From positions 288,001 to 352,000 of the forward strand of contig CAWHVC010000001.1 in the NCBI GenBank assembly GCA_963832745.1: 64,000 bases of DNA. The letters are read 5' to 3'. Source of the DNA: Candidatus Bathyarchaeota archaeon. Its GTDB lineage: Archaea > Thermoproteota > Bathyarchaeia > Bathyarchaeales > Bathycorpusculaceae. The notes under the pieces were generated by a model. It was not told the origin of the DNA. It made no database searches and saw nothing but the letters and a program-made list of their open reading frames with translations. Positions 30,737-40,060 of the stretch are shown in pieces. The position numbers were made by a program, and so were the translations under genes. Position 1 is the first letter of the stretch. Each line of letters starts with the position of its first letter.

Positions 30737-31258
30737 TTAATGTTTTTGTTGCTTTATCTTCTGTGTTAAAGCCAAAAGCCCCTTGATTATTTCTTTGGGA
30801 TTAGGAGGATTGCCAGGGATTTTTAGATCAACACTAAAAACTTTATCTGCACAGCCCAATACAGCGTAAGATTCGTTAAGGATTCCCGTTCCACATGCAT
30901 CGTCGCCGACTGCTACCACAAATTTGGGGTTTGGCATGGCGTCGTAGGTTTTTTTGACAGCGATTTCCATATTACGGGTGATTGCTCCAGTTACAATGAG
31001 AACGTCTGCGTGTCTTGGCGAGGCAACAAAGGTGATGCCGAAACGTTCAACGTCGTAATATGGCGTGGAAAGATTGTTTAGTTCGATTTCTGTGGCGTTG
31101 TCGCTTCCGCTATCGAGTTCACGGATTGCAAGGCTTTTACCGATGCAGCGGTCAACGTGACGTTTGAGTTCTATTCCTAAGGCTTCAAATTCGGCGTCTC
31201 GGAAAAGGATTGGTTCAGTTTTTTTCTTTTTGAAGACGACGGTTAAGTTTTTTGCCAT
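30737..31258 (-). CDS. Ehr/HycG/NuoB-like small subunit lacking the Fe-S cysteines
   Basis: PYYDVERFGI.FVASPRHAD is present, but the ligand positions read GSDNATEIE, GDDAC and IPGNPP instead of GSCNxCE, GxC and PGCPP. Confidence 0.85.
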   Translation of the reverse strand: MAKNLTVVFKKKKTEPILFRDAEFEALGIELKRHVDRCIGKSLAIRELDSGSDNATEIELNNLSTPYYDVERFGITFVASPRHADVLIVTGAITRNMEIAVKKTYDAMPNPKFVVAVGDDACGTGILNESYAVLGCADKVFSVDLKIPGNPPNPKEIIKGLLALTQKIKQQKH

Positions 31259-31270
31259 GTCATGTTTCTC

Positions 31271-32854
31271 CTATAGGTCGGTTCCAGCATAGGATAAGTT
31301 CATGCTTTTGTTGATTAATGGAAAATCGGGCACGATGTTGCCCAATACAGCGTGTTCGATGGCTTGCCAGTTGCAGAAAGATGCTGTTCTAACTTTATAA
31401 CGGTCGATTACACCGTTTTTTATGTACACCCAATGGATACTTTGGCCACGAGCACATTCAACCAACGCTAAAGCATACCCGTCACACATCTGATGCGCCG
31501 TCAAAACTTCACCAACTTTTAGGTGATTAATCAAATCCTGAATCATCTTTACCGAGTCAAGGGTTTCTTGCGCTTTTAGCTCGAATCTGGAAAGCACATC
31601 GCCATTTTGCTGTGTTCGGCCTTTGAGGTTCATTTCGCCGTAGAGTCCATAGGGGTGATTTATGCGGGTGTCTATCATCCGTCCTGATGCCCTTGCGATT
31701 GGACCTGTAATGTGCAGGGGTGCAAGCAGTTCTGGTTTTACTATGCCTGTTGTTTCAAAGCGGTCGATTAAAGAAAAGTACGTGTTGTCGAGTTCTTTTG
31801 CGGTTTTCAGGCGTTTGCAAAAGCCATGCAGGTATGTATTGAGGTTTTTGAGGGTCTGTTCAGGAACATCTTTGGTTAACCCACCGATAGTAATGATACC
31901 CTTTAGGAACCTTGAGCCGGTAAGTGCCTCATTAAACCGCAATATTTCTTCTCGAAGGATAAAGAATGAGCTAGCACCAGCTGGGTAAGCTACATCCACT
32001 ATCATGCCAGCCAAATCACCCAAATAAGAGTAAACACGTTCAAGCTCTAAAAAGATGGTACGCAACTGCAAAGCCCGCAAAGGCACAGAAATACCTGAAA
32101 TCTTTTCTATAGCCCTACAAAAAACAAAAGCGTTTGCAACTGTTTCATCGCCACTTATGGTTTCAGCGATTTTAACGCATTCCAGCGGCGTTTTGCCTTC
32201 AGCAAGCTTCTCGAGACCACGATGCTTGTAAAACATTCGTACTTCTAAATTGAAAATTGTCTCTCCGATTACGCTGAAACGGAAATGCCCCGGTTCAATG
32301 ATTCCAGCATGCACTGGACCCACGGGGATTTGATAAACACCCTCACCCTCAACCTTTTTGAAAACATAAACTTCTTGAGCGGTGCTGTTTGGAGGTCGGG
32401 TTTGAAGTGAACCATTTTTGAAAGACTTCAGCAGTGGATGGAAATCTTTAGGGTAAGTTTCGTGCAGGAACAGTTTGCGTTTGTCGTAGGCGTCATTAAA
32501 TTCTATGCCGAAACCATCAGTGACTTCGCGTTCGTACCAACAGGCTGAAGCGTAAACTTTGGCAATTGATGGGGCGTAGTTGCTGTCAAGGCGTATTTGG
32601 AGAATAGGGATTTCTTTGAAGCCAGCTTTTTCAAAAGCGTAAAGCAGCGTAAAGCCTTCTTGATTGCAAAAGTTTTGGACACAGAACAGGGCAATGAGTT
32701 CATAACCGTTTTCGGAAAGTTGCTTGATTGTTTCGAATAACTGGGCAGTTTCCACTTGCAGATAGAGTTCATTGTTTAACCCGTTAACTATGGCCTGGTT
32801 TGTTCCAAAGATTCTTTCAAATTCGGTCATTTGCGTCGGGAAAGTTTGCGGCAT
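31271..32854 (-). CDS. Ehr/HycE-like large subunit (NuoCD-like fusion) without NiFe ligands
   Basis: YEREV.D.FG, VGPVHAGIIEPGHFRF, Y.HRG.EK; ETISGD replaces the N-terminal CxxC and DFPLINKSMNLSYAGTDL replaces DPCxxC. Confidence 0.88.
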   Translation of the reverse strand: MPQTFPTQMTEFERIFGTNQAIVNGLNNELYLQVETAQLFETIKQLSENGYELIALFCVQNFCNQEGFTLLYAFEKAGFKEIPILQIRLDSNYAPSIAKVYASACWYEREVTDGFGIEFNDAYDKRKLFLHETYPKDFHPLLKSFKNGSLQTRPPNSTAQEVYVFKKVEGEGVYQIPVGPVHAGIIEPGHFRFSVIGETIFNLEVRMFYKHRGLEKLAEGKTPLECVKIAETISGDETVANAFVFCRAIEKISGISVPLRALQLRTIFLELERVYSYLGDLAGMIVDVAYPAGASSFFILREEILRFNEALTGSRFLKGIITIGGLTKDVPEQTLKNLNTYLHGFCKRLKTAKELDNTYFSLIDRFETTGIVKPELLAPLHITGPIARASGRMIDTRINHPYGLYGEMNLKGRTQQNGDVLSRFELKAQETLDSVKMIQDLINHLKVGEVLTAHQMCDGYALALVECARGQSIHWVYIKNGVIDRYKVRTASFCNWQAIEHAVLGNIVPDFPLINKSMNLSYAGTDL

Positions 32855-32861
32855 GCCATAT

Positions 32862-34334
32862 TCACCTTATACCTAGCTCCATCACGATTGTTGAGAGCAA
32901 ATCTGTTAACTGCTGAGGGAAAAAGACGCCCAAAACAAAGACTATGACAAGCAAAACCGCGATGGGCAGCTTCATGGCAAGTGAAGCCTTGAATTGTTTG
33001 GTTTCGCCAGAATCCTTTCGAGTTAAGATTTTTAAAAGAAATATTCCAAAGGCTGCGGCTACAAAAAGAAAAATGAACAATAAACTCAGCGTTAAAATTG
33101 GCGAAAGAATTGTTGATTGAATCAGAATCGAAATTTTTGCTAAGAAAATCGCTGATAATGGCATGCCTATTATTGCTACGCCACCCAAGATTAGGCTCCA
33201 TGATGCGAAGGGTTGTAGTTTAAGGGCGTTTTTGATGTTTTCCAATCGCACGCCTCCAAATTGGTGGTGCATGATACCTGAAGAAAGAAAAAGAGACCCT
33301 TTGGTGAATGCGTGAGCTAACACGTAGAAAAGTGTCCAGAAAATCGCCACAGGTGTTCCAAGTCCAATGCCGACAAGCAAGAATCCCATGTTTTCAACGG
33401 TTGAGTAAGCTATTACCTTTTTCAGGTTTACTTGGGTTAGCATCGTTAAAGCCGCAATAAGCATACTAATGACTCCAAAAGCAATCAGGAAGACTGAAAC
33501 TTTGAATCCAATTGAAGTTTGTGCTGCAATGGCATACATGCGGATAATGCCATAAACCCCAACACTTGTAATGCTGCCCGAAAGGATAGCGCTGACTGGT
33601 GCAGGAGCCTTTGAGTGTGCACTTGGAAGCCATGCATGGAAGGGAACGACACCACTTTTTGCTGCAAATCCAACGAATGTAAAGATGAATGCTGCGAAAA
33701 CTATGGCTGGTGAAAGCGTTGAAGCGACACCCATTAGTGTGCTCCAGTTAAGTGTACCGACGCCCAATGAGTTTTCGGTTAAGGTGAATAAAAGTATAAG
33801 ACCAATGAAGGCGAACAGCATACATGTTGAAGTTATAAAAATATACTTCAATGTGGCACCGATGTTTTTAACAGCATTAAGTATCACGATGAGGATGCCT
33901 GAAAAAGCGGTCGTCAACTCTGCAAGTATCCAGAACAAGGCCAGATTGTTAGAGAAGAAAGTGAAGGTTATTTCCACTAGAAGCAGGTTCAACGCAACAT
34001 AGAAAAATTTTAGATTGCCGCGGTCCATTTCGCCTATTTCGATTGAGCCTTCAATGTATCCTCGTGCATATACGGCTGCAGCTAGAAACAGCACAGCTGA
34101 AATAAGGACTTCGTAGATACACAAATGGTCCATGAAGAAGTAGCCGCTTCCCACTGAATAGTTGGGAACTTGGGTGAAGCCTAAACTATAAAGCCCCAAA
34201 AGTAGGAAGCTCGCTGGAAGAATAATGGCAAGAAAATTGATGGTTTTATGCGATTTAGCTATAATTGTTAATAGTACAATTACAAGGCCCAGTACACCGT
34301 AAAGTGTAAAGATGGTTTCTGTTGAAAGAATCAT
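32862..34334 (-). CDS. hyfF: HyfF-like antiporter-type membrane subunit
   Basis: FW..AE.TT, KY, K.G..PFH.WLP.AHS.AP.P.SA, K..IAYST.ENMG, H...K..LF. Confidence 0.85.
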   Translation of the reverse strand: MILSTETIFTLYGVLGLVIVLLTIIAKSHKTINFLAIILPASFLLLGLYSLGFTQVPNYSVGSGYFFMDHLCIYEVLISAVLFLAAAVYARGYIEGSIEIGEMDRGNLKFFYVALNLLLVEITFTFFSNNLALFWILAELTTAFSGILIVILNAVKNIGATLKYIFITSTCMLFAFIGLILLFTLTENSLGVGTLNWSTLMGVASTLSPAIVFAAFIFTFVGFAAKSGVVPFHAWLPSAHSKAPAPVSAILSGSITSVGVYGIIRMYAIAAQTSIGFKVSVFLIAFGVISMLIAALTMLTQVNLKKVIAYSTVENMGFLLVGIGLGTPVAIFWTLFYVLAHAFTKGSLFLSSGIMHHQFGGVRLENIKNALKLQPFASWSLILGGVAIIGMPLSAIFLAKISILIQSTILSPILTLSLLFIFLFVAAAFGIFLLKILTRKDSGETKQFKASLAMKLPIAVLLVIVFVLGVFFPQQLTDLLSTIVMELGIR

Positions 34335-35071
34335 TTCGTTTTATCCCCCGTTACTTTCTCTAAATCTGCTTCAGCTACTTCATCATCCTCATCATCACCG
34401 AAAACTCGCCAACCGTTTTGAAACGGATTTAATCGTGAATGAAACTCTTCAATTGAGGAGTCAATGCCAAAGGCAAGTATAGCCGCTAAAAGCGTCAAGA
34501 TGATTAAATCTATGACTATTAAAATTTCAACCATCAAAGGTAACTCAGTCAAAAAGAGACCAAAAAGCAGGACACCATTTTCCATGGTTAGGTAACCGAC
34601 GATGTTTGTGATTGTTTGTTTACGGGTGAAAATAACCAGCATCCCAATGAAGAGCAAAGATACACCGATTGTTGCACCGACAAAGAATAGGCCACTTAAC
34701 TCTAAGGGAGCTAAAAGAGGCGTGAATGCAACGTAAACAAAGAGTATGATTATAATGCTCACAATAAGGGATTGATTGGGTGAAAGGAAGTGAAATTGGG
34801 CGTCTCGTTTAACATTTAATTTTTTGAGGATGTGTCTCATGAATTTTGGGATTATCAGGGTTTTGCTGGCGATTGTAAGTATCGCAAGAATTAAAGGTGT
34901 ATAGCTGCCGCTATCAATAAAGAACAAAAATGCAATCAACGCTAAAAGGAATGATTGAAGCGCATATGTTTTTACAAGCGACATAATGTCTCGTTTAACG
35001 ATTATTATAGCAGCGGTCACCAGAACCAGAACGATAAGTAACTGCGCCACGTTTTCAATTGCGGGAATCAT
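34331..35071 (-). CDS. hyfE: HyfE-like membrane subunit
   Basis: YALQS, K..IIP, GYLTMENG, ELP..VE....D. Confidence 0.82.
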   Translation of the reverse strand: MIPAIENVAQLLIVLVLVTAAIIIVKRDIMSLVKTYALQSFLLALIAFLFFIDSGSYTPLILAILTIASKTLIIPKFMRHILKKLNVKRDAQFHFLSPNQSLIVSIIIILFVYVAFTPLLAPLELSGLFFVGATIGVSLLFIGMLVIFTRKQTITNIVGYLTMENGVLLFGLFLTELPLMVEILIVIDLIILTLLAAILAFGIDSSIEEFHSRLNPFQNGWRVFGDDEDDEVAEADLEKVTGDKTK

Positions 35072-36013
35072 TTAAGCAAAAACCTCGATTATTATGGTTA
35101 TCACTGCAAGGAACAGCGCCAAAGCAAAAAGCGCTGGAAGATGGAACAAACGGGATTTTGCACATGCCGACTCGAAAAGCCCAATGAAAACCGCGAGAAC
35201 TACGGCTTTTATAAGAAATGCTGCTAACGCGACAAGAATTGACGCTGCTGAGAAGTCGGAGGTTAATCCCCATGGAATCAGCGTGTTAATCAGCAGAGCC
35301 ATGAGCAGCATCTGTTTCATTGCACTGGAAAGCTCCATGAGTGCCAAGTTTTTGCCTGACTGTTCAAGAAGCATGGCTTCGTGAATCATAGTGAGTTCAA
35401 GATGGGTTTCGGGGTTATCTACTGGGACTCTTGAGGATTCAACGATTATTATGATGAATATGGAGATGGCTATGAGGATGAGGACTGGGTCTACAAGGAA
35501 GCTGGAGTTTAGGGCGCCTCGAAAAATGTCAGGAATGCTTGTTGTTTTAAACATAATTGCTAATGCCGCGAAGACCACGATCGTGATTGGCTCGATAAGG
35601 GCTGACATTGCCATTTCCCGTGAACTGCCCATGCCGCCAAACGCGCTGCCGGCGTCAAGCCCAGAGAGTGCCATAAAAAACTTTGCCAAAGCCAGCAGGT
35701 AGATGAATAGGATGATGTTTCCGATGAGGTCTGTTGGTTGCGGTATGAAAAGCAGGGGAACAAAAAGGCTGGCTGTAACTAGGGCAGCGATGTTAATGAG
35801 CGGTGTTGCCTTCATTATCCACGACGAGTTTTGTGAGTAAACGGTTTCTTTTTTGAAGAGCTTTGCCAAATTATAGTATGTTTGAAGTAGTGGTGGCCCT
35901 TTTCTTCGCTGTGTGACTGCTTTTACTTTTTTGATTAAACTGATGAATAACGGCGAAAGTAGCAGGGTGAATAGAATATTTAGTATTCCGTAAATTAGTA
36001 AGTCAAAACTCAT
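35072..36013 (-). CDS. hyfC: HyfC/HycD (NuoH-like) membrane subunit
   Basis: Q.R.GPP..Q.Y..L.KL, LD.GS.FG.MGSSRE, E..R.PVDNP.THLELTMIHEAM.LE.SG. Confidence 0.88.
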   Translation of the reverse strand: MSFDLLIYGILNILFTLLLSPLFISLIKKVKAVTQRRKGPPLLQTYYNLAKLFKKETVYSQNSSWIMKATPLINIAALVTASLFVPLLFIPQPTDLIGNIILFIYLLALAKFFMALSGLDAGSAFGGMGSSREMAMSALIEPITIVVFAALAIMFKTTSIPDIFRGALNSSFLVDPVLILIAISIFIIIIVESSRVPVDNPETHLELTMIHEAMLLEQSGKNLALMELSSAMKQMLLMALLINTLIPWGLTSDFSAASILVALAAFLIKAVVLAVFIGLFESACAKSRLFHLPALFALALFLAVITIIIEVFA

Positions 36014-37950
36014 GCAAACCACCAAATCAACAGTAAAAAGATAACAATCGTTATGAAAGCGTACGCGATATGCAGGTCAATGTCGCCACGTTGGAGAGCA
36101 TTGACTTTTAGGGAAACTTTTTTGATAAAATTAGCTACAGGCAGGTAGAGATATTCTTCAAAGAACTTCATCAGTTTAAGCTCAGCCTTACCGCTTTTGA
36201 AGACCGCTTGATTATTATCGTAATATTCTCGTTCGCTTTTCTTTTCCGTACGAAAAATCGATTTTAGGATTGTTACGATTGGTTCGGAGAAGCCTGAAGC
36301 TGAATACTCCATCAGATGAGTCTGAGTTGTGATGCCGCAACCCCATGTCTCTGAAAGCCGCTCCATTTTGCATGCTCTCTGCCTTAATGCAGCCCAAGCA
36401 AATACGTAAAAAACTGCAAGCGCCGAACCAATCAGAAGCATGTTTGGCAACTGTAGGGAGTATCCGAGTATTTGGAAGATTTGGTAAGAGAAAACGCCCA
36501 AACCGACACATAAAACGGCCAGTATCGCTGGCCCGATAAGCATGGAGCGAGGGGCTTCTTTGGCGGCTTTGGCTTTTTGTGAACGTGGCAACGCAAGGAA
36601 AGAGATTCCGAAGGCTTTTACGAAACATGCCGCTGCAAGAGCACTTGTGAAAGCGAACACGGCAAGGGCAACAATGAGAAGCAGAACGAGGAACGGGTTG
36701 CCTAAAGCAGGGGATTGGAAGAATACTTGAAAAATCATTAACTCGCTTACGAAACCGTTGAAAGGGGGCAAGGCGGAGATGGAGATTGCCCCGACCAGAA
36801 ACAGCAGTGCAGTGTGGGGCATTGGTTTGATTAAGCCACCCATTTCTTCAATGTTTTTTGTTTCCGTAGAGTTTACTACGGCGCCTGTTGCCATGAATAG
36901 CAGGCTTTTGAAGGCTGCATGGTTAAATGAATGGAAGAGCGCACCTAATAGTGCAATCAACGCTATGCTTGGGAGACCGTAAACGGTGAAGATTGTGTAT
37001 AAGCCGACGCCTACAAGGATTACGCCAACGTTTTCGATGCTTGAGTAAGCGAGCATCTTCTTGAGATCATGCTCCTTCAACGCATAAATGACGCTTAACA
37101 ATGCGGAGGTGATACCCATTGCAAGAATCAGCAGGCCCCACCATGACTCCAAAGGCAACAAGATGAGAAACCTGATTAAACCGTAAATGGCGACTTTAAT
37201 CATAACTCCCGACATGAGCGCGGAAATGTTTGATGGGCTTGCTGGATGGGCGTATGGGAGCCATTTGTGGAATGGGATTATGCCTGCTTTTATGCCGAAC
37301 CCCAAAAATAGGAAGACAAAAGCGATTGAAGTGATCAGGGGCTGCGCTGTTATGGGTTGGATGTTGAAGGTACCTGTGGTTACGTACAAGAACAGGAACG
37401 CAAAGAACAAGAAAACAGTGCTCAGATTGGTCATTACGAAGTAGAACATGCCTGCTTTGAGAGTTTCCTTCTTTTCATATTCTACCATGACTAAAAGGAA
37501 AGAGGTTAATGCCATTGTTTCCCAGAAAAACAAAAAAGAAAACATCGATGAAGAAGAAACAACAAGAACCATCGAAACAATAAACAAATTCATTAAGAAT
37601 ACAAGAAGATTTTTTCTGCCCTCACTATGTATATGCTCAACATACTGGATTGAATAAATTTGAACCGCCAAAGATACAATAGATACCAACGCGATGAAAA
37701 ACGCTGAGAGCTTATCGATAAAGAATGAGAACTCGAAGGGCGGCGTAATCCGGTAAGTCTGTGTCGTTACCGTTGTGTTTGTAAGGATGATTTCTGCGGC
37801 AAACGCGAGCAGGACAATGCTGGAAAAACAGCCCAGCAGGAACGATGCTTGTCTTGGCAGTTTGTTATTTTTCATTTTTATTGTTGCCAGGGGCGTTAAT
37901 GCGCCGAGTATAAACACGGCTAAACCAACAGGAAATAGGGTTTCAAGCAT
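36010..37950 (-). CDS. hyfB: HyfB-like antiporter-type membrane subunit
   Basis: FLFFWE, GFGIKAG..PFH.WLP.AHP..PS.ISALMSG, LAYSS.EN.G, NHA.FK.LLF, PPFNGF.SE, TW.CG. Confidence 0.88.
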   Translation of the reverse strand: MLETLFPVGLAVFILGALTPLATIKMKNNKLPRQASFLLGCFSSIVLLAFAAEIILTNTTVTTQTYRITPPFEFSFFIDKLSAFFIALVSIVSLAVQIYSIQYVEHIHSEGRKNLLVFLMNLFIVSMVLVVSSSSMFSFLFFWETMALTSFLLVMVEYEKKETLKAGMFYFVMTNLSTVFLFFAFLFLYVTTGTFNIQPITAQPLITSIAFVFLFLGFGIKAGIIPFHKWLPYAHPASPSNISALMSGVMIKVAIYGLIRFLILLPLESWWGLLILAMGITSALLSVIYALKEHDLKKMLAYSSIENVGVILVGVGLYTIFTVYGLPSIALIALLGALFHSFNHAAFKSLLFMATGAVVNSTETKNIEEMGGLIKPMPHTALLFLVGAISISALPPFNGFVSELMIFQVFFQSPALGNPFLVLLLIVALAVFAFTSALAAACFVKAFGISFLALPRSQKAKAAKEAPRSMLIGPAILAVLCVGLGVFSYQIFQILGYSLQLPNMLLIGSALAVFYVFAWAALRQRACKMERLSETWGCGITTQTHLMEYSASGFSEPIVTILKSIFRTEKKSEREYYDNNQAVFKSGKAELKLMKFFEEYLYLPVANFIKKVSLKVNALQRGDIDLHIAYAFITIVIFLLLIWWFA

Positions 37951-38356
37951 AACCTATTCCACTTTAGAGTAAGCCCAGTTTTGCCTTGTCAGCTGCAAAT
38001 AAGAAAAGCATTATTTCGTTAACAATATTCAATCTTGCGTTGAGGTTGGCTTTGATTTTGGTGCCAACGGTGCCATCGATTAGCTGATTATTCATTAAGG
38101 TCGCGCCATCCAACCTCACAGTCCGCTAAAAAAGCTTTACGGAACAAGACAAGCCATTTTATTATCACTCAAACACTAGACCAAAATAACGTTTGTGCAG
38201 TGAAAAAATTTTCAATTTATGCATTTAATCTACGAAAATATTATACTGTTTAAGTATATACAAATGGTTTTCTAAACAGTTAAAAAATAGTAAGAAACAA
38301 GAATACTTGCCCCAAACAGCTAAAACACTCACAAGGCAAATGGATGAGAAAAACGA

Positions 38357-39220
38357 TTAGCCTAGCTCAAACGTTGTTACACCAAAAATTTTTTCCAAAG
38401 GCAACTTGGGTGCAGCTTTCGTGTACATTCTTACCGTACTAAAAACCGGCGTCATACCATGTGATTTTGCAAGCTTAACACCTGCAATGTTTGGTTCGGG
38501 AACATCCAAAAATACTTGCTCGTTTGGGACGGTAGAGGCTAAACTTGAAAGCAGTAACTCAGCAGTCTCAGCGTCTTCGGCAAATAAGGGTCCAATCTTG
38601 TGACCTCGGAAACATTTGCGAATTACACCATAACCCTTGATAGCTGCAGAGTCAGGCTCCTGTACCGTTAGGGCGTGAGCATCTTTTTGATAAAGCCAGC
38701 ATTCCAAAAATCTCAACCGTTTAGCAGGGAAAAACTTGGAATCAAAAACGGCAACTCTGTCTAAATCGCTTTTCTTTATTGGAACACAATTTTTTGAACT
38801 TGCACCGTTGAAGACGCCTGCATATCTGGTGTTGCTGTAAGCAGTTTTAAAACCAGCTTGCTCGTAACGGCTTTGCATGTTAACAACGCCGTCTATACCC
38901 AAGTTTAGGTTTTGGCTTTTGCTTAGGACAAATTGCTGAAGTGCAGTACCCACGCCTTGTCCTCGAAAATCAGGCATTACAATGTAAAAACCGGCAAAAG
39001 CAAAATTTTTTGAGTATTTTACTATAGAGACTGTGCCTAAAATTTTTTCGTCAAGTTTTGCCGCGTAGAAACCTGTGGGGTCAGTATGGTAGAAGCATTC
39101 TGCATCGTGGATTCCAGGGTCCCAGCTTTCGATTTTTGCCCAGTAGATGGCGGTTTCAACTTCTGCCTGAGTCATTTGGGTTATTGTTAGATGCTTGAGC
39201 GTTGAAGCGTCATTGTTCAT
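38357..39220 (-). CDS. GNAT family acetyltransferase (tandem GNAT, YitH-like)
   Basis: E.W.PG..D, FRGQG.G, LDG-like IDGV, KIGPLFA, G.TTFELG. Confidence 0.85.
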   Translation of the reverse strand: MNNDASTLKHLTITQMTQAEVETAIYWAKIESWDPGIHDAECFYHTDPTGFYAAKLDEKILGTVSIVKYSKNFAFAGFYIVMPDFRGQGVGTALQQFVLSKSQNLNLGIDGVVNMQSRYEQAGFKTAYSNTRYAGVFNGASSKNCVPIKKSDLDRVAVFDSKFFPAKRLRFLECWLYQKDAHALTVQEPDSAAIKGYGVIRKCFRGHKIGPLFAEDAETAELLLSSLASTVPNEQVFLDVPEPNIAGVKLAKSHGMTPVFSTVRMYTKAAPKLPLEKIFGVTTFELG

Positions 39221-39283
39221 AATGTTTAATGGGTTTTTTATGTTTATAAGAATCACTCACTCGGGTTTTGATGTCCTACATTT

Positions 39284-39877
39284 TTATTTTAGGGGGTCTG
39301 TTGGAAGAATAATTTTTTGGTGTACCTCATTTAGAACATCTGCAACGGCTAGGTAGATGGCGCTTGATCCACAGATAACGCCTTCAATTCCTGTTAAATT
39401 GTTTAAAGTAAAGCTTCCAAATAGTACGGGGTTATCCAAGAAACTTGTTATTGATAACATAAAGAACAGTACAGCCGTAGTCACAAAGACTACTTGAAGA
39501 GTTTTTGTAGCCTTCAAAGTGCCGTAAGCCATAGCAAGCGTAAAGATCGCCCATAACAGAAAATATGCACCCAAAGAATTTGTTGACGGCGATTGGAGTC
39601 CAGTAAATATGGTTGTTTCTGGCAGTAGAATCAGCATTACTAAGGACCACCAAAATAGTCCATATGAAGTAAATACTACGGTGCCGAAAGTGTTGCCTCG
39701 ACGGTACTCCATTAAACCTGCAATTATCTGCGCTAAACCACCATAAGCTAAACCCATAGAAAGAATCATAGTGTCAAGTTGAAAAGCGCCTGCATTATGG
39801 AGATTCAAAAGCACAGTTGTTATACCAAAACCGAGTAGTCCCAAAGGTGCAGGGTTTGCAAGTTTTTGTGTACTTAT
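39284..39877 (-). CDS. satP: Acetate uptake transporter (GPR1/FUN34/SatP family)
   Basis: KLANPAPLGLLGF signature upstream of the annotated ORF start, YGG..Q..AG, NTFG...F.SYG.FW. Apparent ATA start at 39877. Confidence 0.88.
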   Translation of the reverse strand: MSTQKLANPAPLGLLGFGITTVLLNLHNAGAFQLDTMILSMGLAYGGLAQIIAGLMEYRRGNTFGTVVFTSYGLFWWSLVMLILLPETTIFTGLQSPSTNSLGAYFLLWAIFTLAMAYGTLKATKTLQVVFVTTAVLFFMLSITSFLDNPVLFGSFTLNNLTGIEGVICGSSAIYLAVADVLNEVHQKIILPTDPLK

Positions 39878-40060
39878 TTTTGCTTCCCCCTTACGAAAAA
39901 ATGTTGTTATCTATGAATTGGGGTTTAAAATGGATTAAAATATGTTGTGAAAGCTTGCGTGAAACAACAAAAAATTCGCGGTTAGGGTTAAGATTCTGAA
40001 TTCATAAGCGATTAATAAGAAAACGTACGAATGCTAACGTAACACACGGATGTTATTAAC

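Noticed and set aside
31271-32854. Group 4 [NiFe]-hydrogenase / formate hydrogenlyase
   Set aside because: Both CxxC nickel-binding motifs are absent, and no maturation genes are nearby.
37951-38160. Fluoride (crcB) riboswitch before the hyf-like operon
   Set aside because: Only partial resemblance (GATGG, GCTAAT); the GTTC..CC pairing and the GCTRATGAC..CT pseudoknot segment could not be fitted.
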